This document shows, one piece after another, positions 49,510-61,938 of a DNA stretch of 64,000 bases. A model generated the notes under the pieces. That model did not search any database, was not told the DNA's origin, and saw only the letters and a list, made by a program, of their open reading frames with translations. This stretch comes from Eledone cirrhosa. Lineage: Eukaryota. Position numbers and translations under genes: made by a program. Position 1 is the stretch's first letter; every line of letters starts with the position of its first letter. The DNA lies in the NCBI GenBank assembly GCA_964016885.1, contig OZ024741.1, positions 98,456,001 through 98,520,000 of the forward strand. Direction: 5' to 3'.

Positions 49510-49585
49510 GCCATTGCTGCTGCTGCTGCTGCTGCTTCTGCTCCTGCTGCTGCTGCTCCTGCTCCTGTTGCTGCTGCTGCTGCTA

Positions 49586-49617
<32 letters not shown>

Positions 49618-50460
49618 ATTGCTGCCGCTGCTACTGCATGTATTTCCACAGTTGCTGCTTTTATTGCATATCTGTTGCAGCTTTTGGTTTTAATACCATT
49701 TTGCTGTTGCTATTGCTATTGTTGATGGTGATGGTGATGGTGATGGTGATGGTGATGGTGGTGATGGTGATGGTGGTGGTGATGGTGATGTTGATGGTGA
49801 TGATGTTGGTGATGGTGATGGTGATCGTAATGGTGATGGTGATGGTATTGGTGATGGTGGTTGTGGTGAGGGTGATGGTGAAGGTGATGGTGATAGTGAT
49901 GGTGATGGTGGTGGTGATGGTGATCGTAATGGTGATGGTGATGGTGAAGGTGAGGGTGATGGTGAAGGTGATGGTGATGGTGATGGTGATTGTGATGGTG
50001 ATGGTGATGGTGATGGTGATGGTGATGGTGATGGTGGTGGTGATGGTGATAGTGATGGTGATGCTGGTGGTGATGGTGATAGTGATAGTGATGATGATGG
50101 TCATGGTGATCGTAATGGTGATGGTGATGGCAGTGGCGATGGTGGTTGTGGTGATGGCGATGGTAATGGAGATGGTGAAGGTGATGGTGATGGTGATGGT
50201 GATTGTGATGGTGATGGTGATGGTGATGGTGATGGTGATGGTGATGGTGGTGGTGATGGTGATAGTGATGGTGATGCTGGTGGTGATGGTGATAGTGATA
50301 GTGATGATGATGGTCATGGTGATCGTAATGGTGATGGTGATGGCAGTGGCGATGGTGGTTGTGGTGATGGCGATGGTAATGGAGATGGTGAAGGTGATGG
50401 TGATGGAGATGGTGATGGTGGTGGTGATGGTGATGGTGATTGTGATGGTAATGGTGGCAT
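49510..50460. repeat. (GCT)n followed by a (GGTGAT)n field of opposite polarity to the main array, with a 213-bp internal duplication
   Basis: tcatggtgatcgtaatgg at 50101 and 50314. Confidence 0.9.
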
Positions 50461-51461
50461 TGTTGTTGTTTCTATTGTCGCTATTTTTGTTGCTGATTTG
50501 TTGCTATTCTTGTCTATGTTACAATACTGGTTGCTGTTGCTATTTGTTACTCTGTGTAGATGGTATTGTTGATGTTAATCTTTGATGTTGTCATTATTGT
50601 TGTTGTTACTGTTGCTGCTCTTGTGGATGTTGTCGTAAAGGTGTATTATATATTACATTAATACCATACGTGCTTTCACCTGAAGTTTCTCCAATTAAAT
50701 AATTGACAAATCTATGATTGCATTTAATTAAATTACCACTTCCTGTGTATTGCTCTATAGACTAGAGAATAATTGTCAATCTCTTGGCCATACAGTTTCT
50801 ATATCTCTATATGTTTGTGTCTCCTCATTCCACTTTTCTCTCTCCCTCTCTCTACCTCCTCTGTCTCACTCTTTCTCTCTCTATTTCTTTTTCTCTCTTT
50901 ATACACTCACGTAATTACATCTAACATTATCAATAACCACGTTTATATATATATATATATATATATTTATACTGTATATATATCGTGTTCCTATCTCTAT
51001 AGCAATCCATCTATCAATCGTAATAGCATTCGACCATCATCTTTCTGTCTTTTAATTTCTTTTGCTTAAATCGAGTGTAAATATGTTTAAGGAAGTTTTG
51101 ATGAGTATATATGTTTAAGGAAGTTTTGATGAGTATACAGGGTTGTCGACAGATTATTAATATCTGAAGAACTGGTAAATGCCTCTATAAATAAATATAA
51201 ATAGGAAATCATATACTCTATGAATAAACAAGCAGATCTATGCTTCAGAAAAACGAGGAAGGCTACATCTGAAGAGGCTTTACTAAAAGCCAAAACTGTT
51301 CATTTCCGAACTTTATTTTATACTCTGTGGAGCTACATTAAAGTGAAGTGATAAATAGCAAGCAAACTCTATGGGTGAAAAGACAGGATACTGATGGTAG
51401 GGCAAACGTTATTTATGAGAACCTCGTACAAATGCTTAGTAGTTAATGTTCCAGTGATATA

Positions 51462-51800
51462 CGTTCTGAGCTCGAATGCTGCCGAGGAGATATATACATT
51501 TCATATTTCTGCGATCGATAAAATATAGTTTTATCTACTACTGGCTTGATATAATCGACTTTCCGACTCATAAAATTCATGTATTTGTGCTCAAATTAGA
51601 AATTATTATTATTGGATTGGCAGTATCGTTAGAGAGTCGGACGCCATGCTCTCCAGCATAGTTACATCCCTTTACGGTCTGAGTTCAAATCCCACCGAGG
51701 TTCACTTTGCCTTTCATGCTTACGGGGTCGGTAAAATAAAGTACCAGTAATGTACTGGTTAATGTTGCTGGCCTTGTGCCAAAAGTAGAATCAATTATTA
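51462..51800 (+). mobile_element. Two tandem tRNA-SINEs: an old decayed copy (~51462-51610) and a younger copy (~51613-51800) at its (ATT)n tail
   Basis: Younger copy: ggattggcagtatcgttagagagtcggacgccatgct..gagttcaaatccc..gcctttcatgcttacggggtcggtaaaataaagtaccag..gtagaatcaattattatt; older copy: gttctgagctcgaatgctgccgagg..tttgtgctcaaattagaaattattatt. Confidence 0.8.
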
Positions 51801-51997
51801 TTGCCTTTCATCCATCAGTTAATAATATATTTATTATACAGAAATGATGTAATATGAAGATCAATCGAATGCACGGGGGAACTCCAGAAAATCAAGGCTC
51901 ACTGCTTAGCCATAATAAATGAATATTTGAACTTTACTTCGGTATCAAGTACTTTGTTTCACGTCTGTCGATAACACAAGGATATGTATATATATAA

Positions 51998-52107
<110 letters not shown>

Positions 52108-52556
52108 GCGTGCCTGTTTATGTGTGTGTATGTGTCAGTATATATATGATATATCGCTGTTTTATATGTGACAATATATTCTTATATATGTTTGTTTGGC
52201 GTGAAATTCTTTTGTAGACTATATAAGAGGAGCTAACATCAACAATCAATACAGTGACTGAAAAGCCAAACATTATGACAGATAGTCACTGAACATATTT
52301 CTTTCAGTTCACTTAATCAATTTAAAAGCCGTTAACCACTGCAACAAACGCCATGAATGATATCTAAATCTCCAGAAACTCTACGACAGCAAAAGTCTTT
52401 ACAATAAATATTAGATTGATAAATTTGATATTCGGGGTGGGGCGTTGAGAATAAGATGACACAACTTAAATACCATCACATTCATCGCGATTACCGACCA
52501 GCACCACTGAGGTTATAAGCACAATTGAACTTTCACTAATTTCCTACACATGCATA

Positions 52557-53043
52557 CTTATTCCATACTCATGCATATTATAACGCATTCACAAGCATGC
52601 TTATAACGCATTCACATGCATACTAATAACGCATTCACAAGCATGCTTATAACGCATTCACATGCATACTAATAACGCATTCACATGCATGCTTATAACG
52701 CATTCACATGCATACTAATAACGCATTCACATGCATGCTTATAACGCATTCACACGCATACTAATAACGCATTCACATGCATACTAATAACGCATATAAA
52801 TGCATACTAATAACGCATACACATGCATATTTTAACGCATCCACATGCATACTAATAACTCATTCACATGTATACTTATAACGCATTCAGATGCATACTA
52901 ATAACGCATTCACATGCATAGTTATAATGCATACACATGCATACTTAATACGCATTCACATGCATACTAATAACGCATACACATGCATACTAATAACGCA
53001 TTCACATGCATACTAGTAATACATTCTCATGTATAGCTATAAC
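52557..53043. repeat. 23-bp minisatellite (ATAACGCATTCACATGCATACTA), about 20 units
   Basis: Period 23 (ataacgc at 52741 and 52764); units abut with no spacers. Confidence 0.95.
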
Positions 53044-53575
53044 GATGTATCATGTGTATAAATCACCAGCAAATGAAACAGCAACAACAACACTTCTAAA
53101 TATTCAACAGCTATGAATAAACGAATAAATAAATGAATGAATGAATAAATGAATGAAGGAATAAATGAATGAAGAAATGAATGAATGAATGAATGAACGA
53201 ACGAACTAATGTATAGGTTTTTTTATTATTCGGAGAGCAGATAAGGTGCATGAATTTAATTACCAAACAGAGAATAAGATCGGAAATTGTTATCTTACAC
53301 AATTGCTTACCGGTATTTCATTCATCAACGATGAATGACTGAGTGAAAGACTGAGAAAAAGAAATAAAGAAAGTTCCTGGCGGAATTGTCGGGTTGTAGA
53401 GGTATCTTTCTGATGGATGCTTTAGAGCAAAAGAAGGAAACAATGTAAATCATAGCACTGTTAAACGCGTCTATTTAATTTAATTTAACCGCCATCTTCG
53501 TTGGTTGGGTCAAAAGAAACTAACGGTATGAGATAGATAGATATGAGAGAGAGGGAGAAAAGAAGGGGAGATTGT

Positions 53576-53612
<37 letters not shown>

Positions 53613-53728
53613 TGGTTGTGCGATGTAAATGGGGAGCAAATATGTGGATGTATTTCCTTCCTTCCGAGGAAGATTCTGTCTTAAATTATATAGCATAATT
53701 ACTTAGATATCAATTCTGATAAATGGTA

Positions 53729-53810
<82 letters not shown>

Positions 53811-54266
53811 TATATATATATATATATATGTATATATATACAGAGTGAGAGGGATGGTGAGGGAGATGGAGATACAGATATGAATGCATGCAAACGGATA
53901 TGCATATCCGTGTACGAATGCAAGCATACACACAGATTGTGCATGCATATATATTTATAATGAAAATATATAATTGAATAATTTTCTTGGTGGCGTACAA
54001 TGTGTGAAATGTTCTGGAGAGTTCCACACTAAAGTATTGAAATACCTGCAAGTGTTAATCAAGAAAACTTTCAAACATCACTATTTCGGGAAATAAAGTA
54101 GGATACATTCATTATACGATAGATGCATTTCGATCAAATCAACGAATGTTTTATAACACATAAAGGCGTGTGCACACTCATACACATACATATGTATGTG
54201 CATTCAAGTGGGTACATACACATTAAATAAACCTTCGCGGTTCATAATATATCCATAGATATATGC

Positions 54267-54321
<55 letters not shown>

Positions 54322-54329
<8 letters not shown>

Positions 54330-55454
54330 ATACTTGGGGAGGGTCATATTGTTGTAATAATATTGCCAGAAATAATAACAGAACACACTCACTGTTTGGT
54401 TGGTTTTCGCATGTGTATCTTTTATATCTCAATAGTTAATTCATTTGGTCCTCAATGACCGACGGTCAAAAATACAGATATAAATACATATATTCAGCAA
54501 AACATACCCTTTTAAGAAAACCCACTGGACTAATAGGAAATGTGTTATATGTAAAGTAAACCCCCAGATAAACTGTAAAACTAGAAATGTAGTCTATAGC
54601 ATAAGATGTACAGGGGGTACTTGCAGAAACATGACAACAACATACATAGACGAGACAGCTCAAAGCATAGGAGAAAGAATAAACCAACACTGGGGCGAAT
54701 TAAAAGGACGAAAAAGCGTTTCAGTACTATACGAACACGCCACACAACACGACGGTAACATAGACAACATAGAAATTAAAATAACAACAACATGACAGTA
54801 ACATAGACAACATAGAAATTAAAATAATATCTAAACATTGAAAAGACCCAGCAGATAGGCAAATCAGAGAGGCAAGCGAAATAGAGCTTAGAAAGCCAAA
54901 GCTAAACAGAAAAAAATGAATGGAATAACAACAACACACAAACAAACAATATTGACTTAAGAAAAATATAAATAAATAAATAAATAAATAAATAAATATA
55001 TATATACACAAGCACAGTAACAACAAATACATATAAACACTAGTAAACTAAGATAGAATACAATAACCAAAACACAGTCAACCAAACACGAACACACACA
55101 TACCAAACACTATACAGGCACGCAAACTCATGCGCAGTGAAAACAAAAATAAATAAATAAATAAACAGATCAAATAAAAATGGCGTAGACATACAATACA
55201 ACAGGAGGAATCATAATAGTACCACTGGTGATGTTGGAGATATGCAACGAAAGAAATTTGTTAGACTATATATATGTATTTATATCTGTATTTTTTACCG
55301 TTAGTCATTCAGTGATAAACATTGAGGACCAAATGAATTAACTATGGAGATATAAAAGATACAGAAGCGAAACCAAGCAAAGAGTGAGTGTGTTCTGTTA
55401 TTAATTCTGGCAATATTATTACAACAATATGACCCTCCCCAAGTATAACAATAT
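54322..55454 (+). mobile_element. 5'-truncated Penelope-like element: GIY-YIG endonuclease remnant between inverted terminal copies
   Basis: ~54583-54930 encodes RNVVYSIRC..TCRNMTTTYIDETAQSIGERINQHWGELKGRKSVSVLYEHATQH..DRQIREASEIELRKPKLNRK; 54322-54492 is the reverse complement of 55268-55454; degenerate hammerhead at 55217-55268. Confidence 0.88.
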
Positions 55455-55584
55455 TTGTTTCGACACACGATTTCATATCAAAAACCTCGCAAAACAAATA
55501 TATATATATATATATATGATGGCTGCAAACTGTGCTAAGAGTATTTCAATTGCTTGTCAGATTATATAGTTTGGTGCACTTTTA

Positions 55585-56030
55585 GTCTACAGCCAGCCAT
55601 ACGAATTCGTAATATAACCTGTACATGCAATGCCTATGCTTTGAAGGTTTTTTAAGTGGAGAAAGGTCTTGCACTCGATCAATCCCACTCTCTGATCATC
55701 GAAAACACTACCCGAAAAGGAGAACTGGTCAACATCATCGGATTCTTCCGAAGCCGCAGGTTTTTCTTCAGAGTTTCCCTCTCCTAGATAGGTGTCGTGA
55801 TAACATTGGGGGCCTTTCACTTCGAGGTAAAAAAAAAAAGTACTATTTGGATGGCCTTTGATTCTGCTGAGTTCCTCCGCCCTTTGACGTGTCTTGTATA
55901 TCATGCCTCAGGGTGTCCAAATATCACCCTCCTCACCAAACTAGCTTAGTGGGGTTGCCGGTTTAGTCGCCGACAATCCGACCATGAGACAGGTTGTACT
56001 GGGTTACATGTTACCAGTAGCACTCGAGAG
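55585..56030 (-). mobile_element. Probable RTE-type 5' region fragment
   Basis: Minus-strand motifs gtcggcgactaaaccggcaacccc and ctatctaggagagggaaactctga resemble RTE 5' UTR blocks, from recall only; locally higher GC. Confidence 0.4.
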
Positions 56031-56054
56031 CAACCTGACACACACACACACAGA

Positions 56055-56205
<151 letters not shown>

Positions 56206-56326
56206 ATTTCTAATGAATGAAACAGTTCTAGTCCTGTAGAATCTCTTCTATATTAAAAGTGTTATACTCTGCTATGTATTGAGTACCTTACTTACTGTGG
56301 TTACCTCCGATTCAACCCGGAATAAC

Positions 56327-56390
<64 letters not shown>

Positions 56391-56396
<6 letters not shown>

Positions 56397-56548
56397 CGCA
56401 CCAGAGTACTCAGTACTTAGGGTAGTAGAGAGAGTAATAGGAAAATGTATGACCTCGAGGGCAGAGCTCAAGACGTTTTGACGGCTATTTCTGGAAATAG
56501 CCGTCGAAATGCCTTGAGCTCTGTCATCAGGGTCATACATTTTCCCAT
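56391..56548. repeat. Uninterrupted family C element ending in a ~95-bp hairpin, between (TA)n runs
   Basis: ggaaaatgtatgacc..cagagctcaag..gacggctatttc tg gaaatagccgtc..cttgagctctg..ggtcatacattttcc. Confidence 0.85.
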
Positions 56549-56563
56549 ATATATATATATATA

Positions 56564-56649
56564 TATAAAGAATTATTAATAAAACAGGTAGACATCATAA
56601 AAAGGTACGTTTTTATGATGTCTACCTGTTTTTTTAATCATTCTTTATC
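56564..56649. repeat. Foldback hairpin, ~40-bp arms
   Basis: aaaacaggtagacatcataaaaa / tttttatgatgtctacctgtttt. Confidence 0.85.
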
Positions 56650-56816
56650 TACACTCCGGAATACAGAAGAATCGGAAACCAAGTTTCTTTAACTGTTCTT
56701 TCATAACTCGTTTAGTAACCCCCCACCGTACGTCGATTCTATCTAGTGTAGTAATTAAGCATTACTGCATTCAGAATAATTCTAAGCCTTTCTTGCACAA
56801 CCTAATATATATATAT

Positions 56817-56897
<81 letters not shown>

Positions 56898-57418
56898 GGG
56901 TTGTCGGACCCAGCATATTTATCAATGCCAGTACTGGTTGTATCTCAGCGCACTCAATGGGTAATGTAAGATACATTACCAGAGTATACACATAGTTATT
57001 TGCCTCAACACAATACATGTAAAACGGGTGCCTATAAGGTTCCCGGACTCGAGTTTCTGCAGTACTAATGCAGCAGTAAGGTGCACTGCACCATCTGTCT
57101 GCATATATTATGCAACAATGCACAATCGGCTTATGCTGCTTCATCAGCGGGTATCGCCTAATCAATAACCAATCGATCGACATAATCCAAGCACCGGCCC
57201 GCGCCGGTCATGACTGTTTGTGACAACCGATCCGGTAAAGCGATTAACTGGCAACTGATAGGACTCTATCTCTCAACTAGCCACTGATCTATAAATTTTA
57301 CGTGGGGACGGAAAGCTAAAAAGAATCAATCTATTAGTTCCTGTCAGAAGCTCTCAGCCATATATATATATATGGAGGAGGTTATAGTTCACTTGAAGCA
57401 TTGTGTAATGAGGTATAA

Positions 57419-57674
57419 ACGTTTGAATATGTGTAATAAAGCCAAAACAATGCAGGTATGGACATAGAAAAAAGAATGCAATTGTAAAAGATATTGTTGA
57501 CAATTCGTCCTTTACCTTAGAATTATTTAAATGTCCTTAATTTTCGAGATAATATCTCTTCTACAGAGGGAAATAAAGGTCTCAAACCAGCGTTCTAAAT
57601 ATCTTTTACAATTGCATTCTTTTTTCTATGTCCATACCTGCATTGTTTTGGCTTTATTACACATATTCAAACGT
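57419..57674. repeat. Perfect 77-bp inverted repeat with a 102-bp spacer
   Basis: 57419-57495 is the reverse complement of 57598-57674, checked by eye; followed by (TA)n. Confidence 0.9.
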
Positions 57675-57695
57675 ATATATATATATATATATATA

Positions 57696-57985
57696 TATAA
57701 GTATGTATGTATACGTACATACATATATGTATACAGACGTACAGTAGCATGCATATATATATATATATATATATACACATACAGGTACAAATACATATAT
57801 GCACGCAGCAGTTTAGCGGACGCTTATTATAACGCCGCTTTGTTCGTTTGTCAACAAACTGAACAGCCTGAATTTATGCCATACGGTGTTAAGGCAACCA
57901 CGTCAACTTTTTGTTCAACACTGACACAGGAACGATGTACTAGTTTCAAGCTAAACTGCTGCGTGCATATATGTATGTGTACCTG

Positions 57986-58071
<86 letters not shown>

Positions 58072-58500
58072 TGCTACTGTACGTCTGTATACATATATGT
58101 ATGTACGTATACATACATACTTACATTTAAGTAAGTGCCATACTAAGAGTGAGAAATGAAATTTCGTTTTCATTTTTTTTCAACTTATCGTTTTCGGTAT
58201 GCCTGACCGATTTAACTCACTCAATATGCAAATCAGGCTGCTCAGTCGTTAATTTTCATAAGGAAAGTATATACTTTCGAACGTTCAACTATCTGGCAGA
58301 TGGGTAAACGGTGCTGATGATAGCTAACAAGCTTGAAACTAGTACATCGACCCTGTGTCAGTGTTGAACAAAAAGGTGACGTGGTTGCCTTAACACCGTA
58401 TGGCATAAATTCAGGCTGTTCAGTTTGTTGACAAACGAACAAAGCGGCGTTATAATAAGCGTCCGCTAAACTGCTGCGTGCATATATGTATGTGTGCCTG

Positions 58501-58577
<77 letters not shown>

Positions 58578-58692
58578 GCATGCTACTGTACGTCTGTATA
58601 CATATATGTATTTACGTATACATACATACTTACATTTAAGTAAGTGCCATACTAAGAGTGAGAAATGAAATTTCGTTTTCATTTTTTTCAAC
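57696..58692 (+). mobile_element. Non-coding hammerhead-containing repeat, family A copy 2 (5' inverted segment plus ~1.45 tandem units, period 515 bp)
   Basis: gctaaactgctgcgtgcatat at 57950 and 58465; 57696-57952 is the reverse complement of ~58330-58633; (TA)n on both sides. Confidence 0.85.
58309..58349 (+). ncRNA. Minimal type I hammerhead ribozyme (predicted)
   Basis: cggtg CTGATGA t agct aaca agct t GAAA ctag T A catcg; stem I cggtg/catcg, palindromic stem III, GUA triplet (cleavage after 58344). Confidence 0.83.
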
Positions 58693-58734
58693 CTATATAT
58701 ATATATATTATATATATGTAAAGTTGTCTACAGC

Positions 58735-60900
58735 TCCAATCTGCTAAAATCTTTGTGTTGATATACATTATATTATAAGTGAATCCCTTTTATATAATGC
58801 TATTAGTTTATATTTAATTTTGAATAGAATCTATTTTCCTATAATACATTAAAGGTCTCATTATATTGTTATCTATTCATTACTTAATAAAGTATAAGAA
58901 AGTTACAGGAGAAAAAAATGTATAGTTGTTTACAGGTCTAATTAGTTAAATCACTTATGCTATTAATATACATTATATTATCTTATAAGTGAATCCCATA
59001 TAAATAATGCTATTAATTTATATATTTAATTATAAATATAATTTATTTTTCTATACTACATTAAGTGTCTCATCATATTATTATCTATCCATTACGGAAT
59101 ATAATATAAGCAAGCTATAGTGGTTATATTAAATGGTGTTAGCTTTGTGTTTATTCTAAATAGTTATTGTATAGTATAAAGTTAGAGAAAAAAGGAGATA
59201 AGTAGAGTGATGAGCTGATCAAAGAGTGAGATGCTATGGGGGTACTTATATGCCGATAATACCTAGAGGTGAGGTGTTAATAGTGGTGAGGAATTCAGAT
59301 CTGACATTGTTATATATTAGCAGCTAGGTTTAAAGCTATGAAAAGAGTGTCTGTGGTAGCGCTGGCACATTAAAAAAACTTCTGACTTTCTATTTAGGAG
59401 GTATAGCTTAGAATAGATTCTTGTTCTGTTCTCTAGAAGACGGAGGTTACATAATTTATTTGGCGGTTTATACGATGCAGCCCTATCTACTATCTCCCAT
59501 TGAAGTGTATATGGTTGATTCCTAGTTTTCAGAGAGTGTAGTAGCTAAATAAAGAAGTGGAATTGGCTAGATTGCGATTTTTGAAAGTGTGGAGATGCGA
59601 GTTATATCTCGTCTTGAAGCAGTTTGAAGTTGAAGCTATATATGTTTTAGCAGAGTTGTTTGTGTTGACCGTTCATGAGTAAATGATGTCTTTGATTAAG
59701 CAATTTTTACCTAAGCGGCAAGTTCTATTTGTGCTACAGTTACAGTTATTCTGTTTGTTTGCTTGGCGGTTACTATGTTGTGTAGGTGCCTGGTTGTTAG
59801 GGATAGTATTAGGGTAATGATGTTTGTCGTTCCCATTGTTATTAATTTCATTAGTGCTATTATCATTATTATTGCTACTAGAAATCTCTGGTACTATGTT
59901 GCCCTGTAAGTTTACCTCCTGCTGTGATTTAATTAGTTGGAAATAATTATTAATCTTCCTTTTATTACTACTAGCTATATGGTATGCTATGTTAAGTGTG
60001 GTAGAGTAAGAGATTTTAATGGTATTTTAATTGATAAGATTATGGTATTTGTGGCCGTCTGGGAAGTTTTTTCTAGGATTGAGAAGAAAGCCTTCGGTAA
60101 GTTGGTAGAGACGTTTAGATTGAAAGGGGGATTGAAGAATGTATTAGTTCTTCTTCTATTTTTGTTTTTGGTAATTTTATTTAAAGTATTGTTTATATTT
60201 CTGTTTATACTATTATTGTGGTGTTTATTCTGGTGCGAGTTAAGTTTGACATTACCCTTTGTATTAGAGTTAGAGTGACTAGTACTTTTATTATTTTTCT
60301 TAGTGGCCATATTGTGAGAAATAATGTAACTAGGTGATTTTATAGGTAGAAATGTAACCTCATTTTTATGTCCTGATTTAGCTAAGGCCTCATTATAGTA
60401 TTGGGAATTATTGTTAAATATGATTTCGTTATATGATAGATTAGAGATTCTATTTGATATTACTTTAGTAATTGAGTTTAATATAGATTTAAGGTCGTTA
60501 GAGTTGGTATCTACGTAAAGTAGTTTTTCGTTTGGTTTATGGAAGGGTGTATATATTTTAGAGTCCAGGTAAAAGGTAACATCAAGGAAGTTAACGTTAT
60601 TTAGTGTTTTTATCTAAGGTGATACCTAAGTTGTAGTTTTTGAAAATGTTATGTAATTGTTTCCTGGTTCTTTCTATCTTAAATTTTGTATAGTCAATAA
60701 GAAGTAATGCATCATCGCGGTATAAACCACCATCGAGGTAGAGTAGGTTCTTATGAATTTCATTTAAGAGACATAGGCCGACCAAATCGGTGACCTGCGC
60801 CGAATCACTAGATCCCATAGTTATGTCAAAGTTGTTATGTGTATCGTTGCGGGTCCATAATTGGTCTTCAAAGGTAATTATGGTTTTTCGCGCCGCAAGG
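58735..60900 (-). mobile_element. 5'-truncated, decayed Penelope-like element, Naiad-like (RT C-half plus GIY-YIG, coding ~59320-60900)
   Basis: FDITMGSSDSAQVTDLVG, GLYRDD, VNFLDVTF, FHKPN, FFNPPFNLNVSTN, CNCSTNRTC (CxCx5C), CLIKDIIY..TYIASTSNCFKTRYNSH; frameshifts present; 3' region has a ~205-bp degenerate direct repeat (58760-59110). Confidence 0.88.
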
Positions 60901-61289
60901 CTTTGCCTGATATGCTTATTTCATGTGATACCTTTGCTTTGCAAAAAAATATATATGCCAAATATCATTGCTTGTTTTCTTCCTATATATGACTAATGCA
61001 TTTGCACTCTCTTAACGCTTGCATATGTACTGCTAGTGTCCTCGTTTTACGAGTAACTTTCTACCTTAATGCCTCTTTAATTACTATACTATCCCCTTAT
61101 AATCTCTGTCGCTTGCATTCCACTCAGTACCTTTATAATTTTTAATTTTCAATTTTTAATTTTAATTATTGTACAATTCTCTTGTAATTTATGCCGCATC
61201 CATTTCACCTTGTAAATACGAAACTGTTGACAATATTAATATCCATGTATCTATATGATTGTTCAGTTGAATAGCAGGTTAATTATATG

Positions 61290-61515
61290 TGCAAACATTA
61301 CCACTGCTCCGGTGATTCCAAACGATAGTTTGGAAGAAACGATTGTCAGCAATAAAATGATTTGAACATAGCTTTGATTATTGTGTAATTTATATTCCGG
61401 CTCTGTAAAACATCTCGTGTATTTACATTGAGCTATTTTTTTTTACTGATAATAAGGTAGTAATAAATTACTGATCTTTCGTGTATATAGTTATATATAG
61501 TGTATACATAAATAG

Positions 61516-61520
<5 letters not shown>
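61290..61520 (+). mobile_element. Diverged family B relative with a hammerhead-like fold at 61305-61351
   Basis: tgct CCGGTGA ttccaaac gata gtttggaa GAAA cgattg TC agca; downstream ttacattgagctattt..taataaggtagtaataaattactg shared with 17462-17511. Confidence 0.75.
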
Positions 61521-61601
<81 letters not shown>

Positions 61602-61751
61602 GATAACAAGTTATCGTTTTAGATAATCCAGTTAGAGGTTGTGTACTATGGTTTGTTTTAACGTACGGCGTTGTTTGACTCAACAAGAGGTTTCCTTAGT
61701 TAGGTAGCGAGTTTGCGAGAATGTTCATACAGGTTATTCTTGAAATAATAG

Positions 61752-61879
61752 TAGTTAAAGAGTGAAGAATAATATAGTCGTCTGTACAAAAAGGGTTTTA
61801 TTTACAGTATTAACACACAAATGTTATTACTGTAAATAACACCCTTTATGTACAGCCGACCATGTTATTCTTCACTCTT

Positions 61880-61885
<6 letters not shown>
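61752..61885. repeat. Foldback hairpin, ~60-bp arms, followed by (TA)n
   Basis: aaagagtgaagaataa / ttattcttcactcttt; ttatttacagta / tactgtaaataa. Confidence 0.85.

Positions 61886-61934
<49 letters not shown>

Positions 61935-61938
<4 letters not shown>

Noticed and set aside
24420-49649. Giant mucin, collagen-like or Val-rich membrane protein genes
   Set aside because: Long ORFs in several frames on both strands arise from the stop-poor repeat; frameshifts are propagated by the duplications and there are no unique domains
52557-53043. CRISPR array
   Set aside because: Units abut with no unique spacers, no cas genes, eukaryotic context
56523-56531. CTGATGA on the minus strand of family C as a hammerhead core
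   Set aside because: Other copies read ccgacgg or tcgaggg here, consistent with CpG-type decay, and no properly placed GAAA follows
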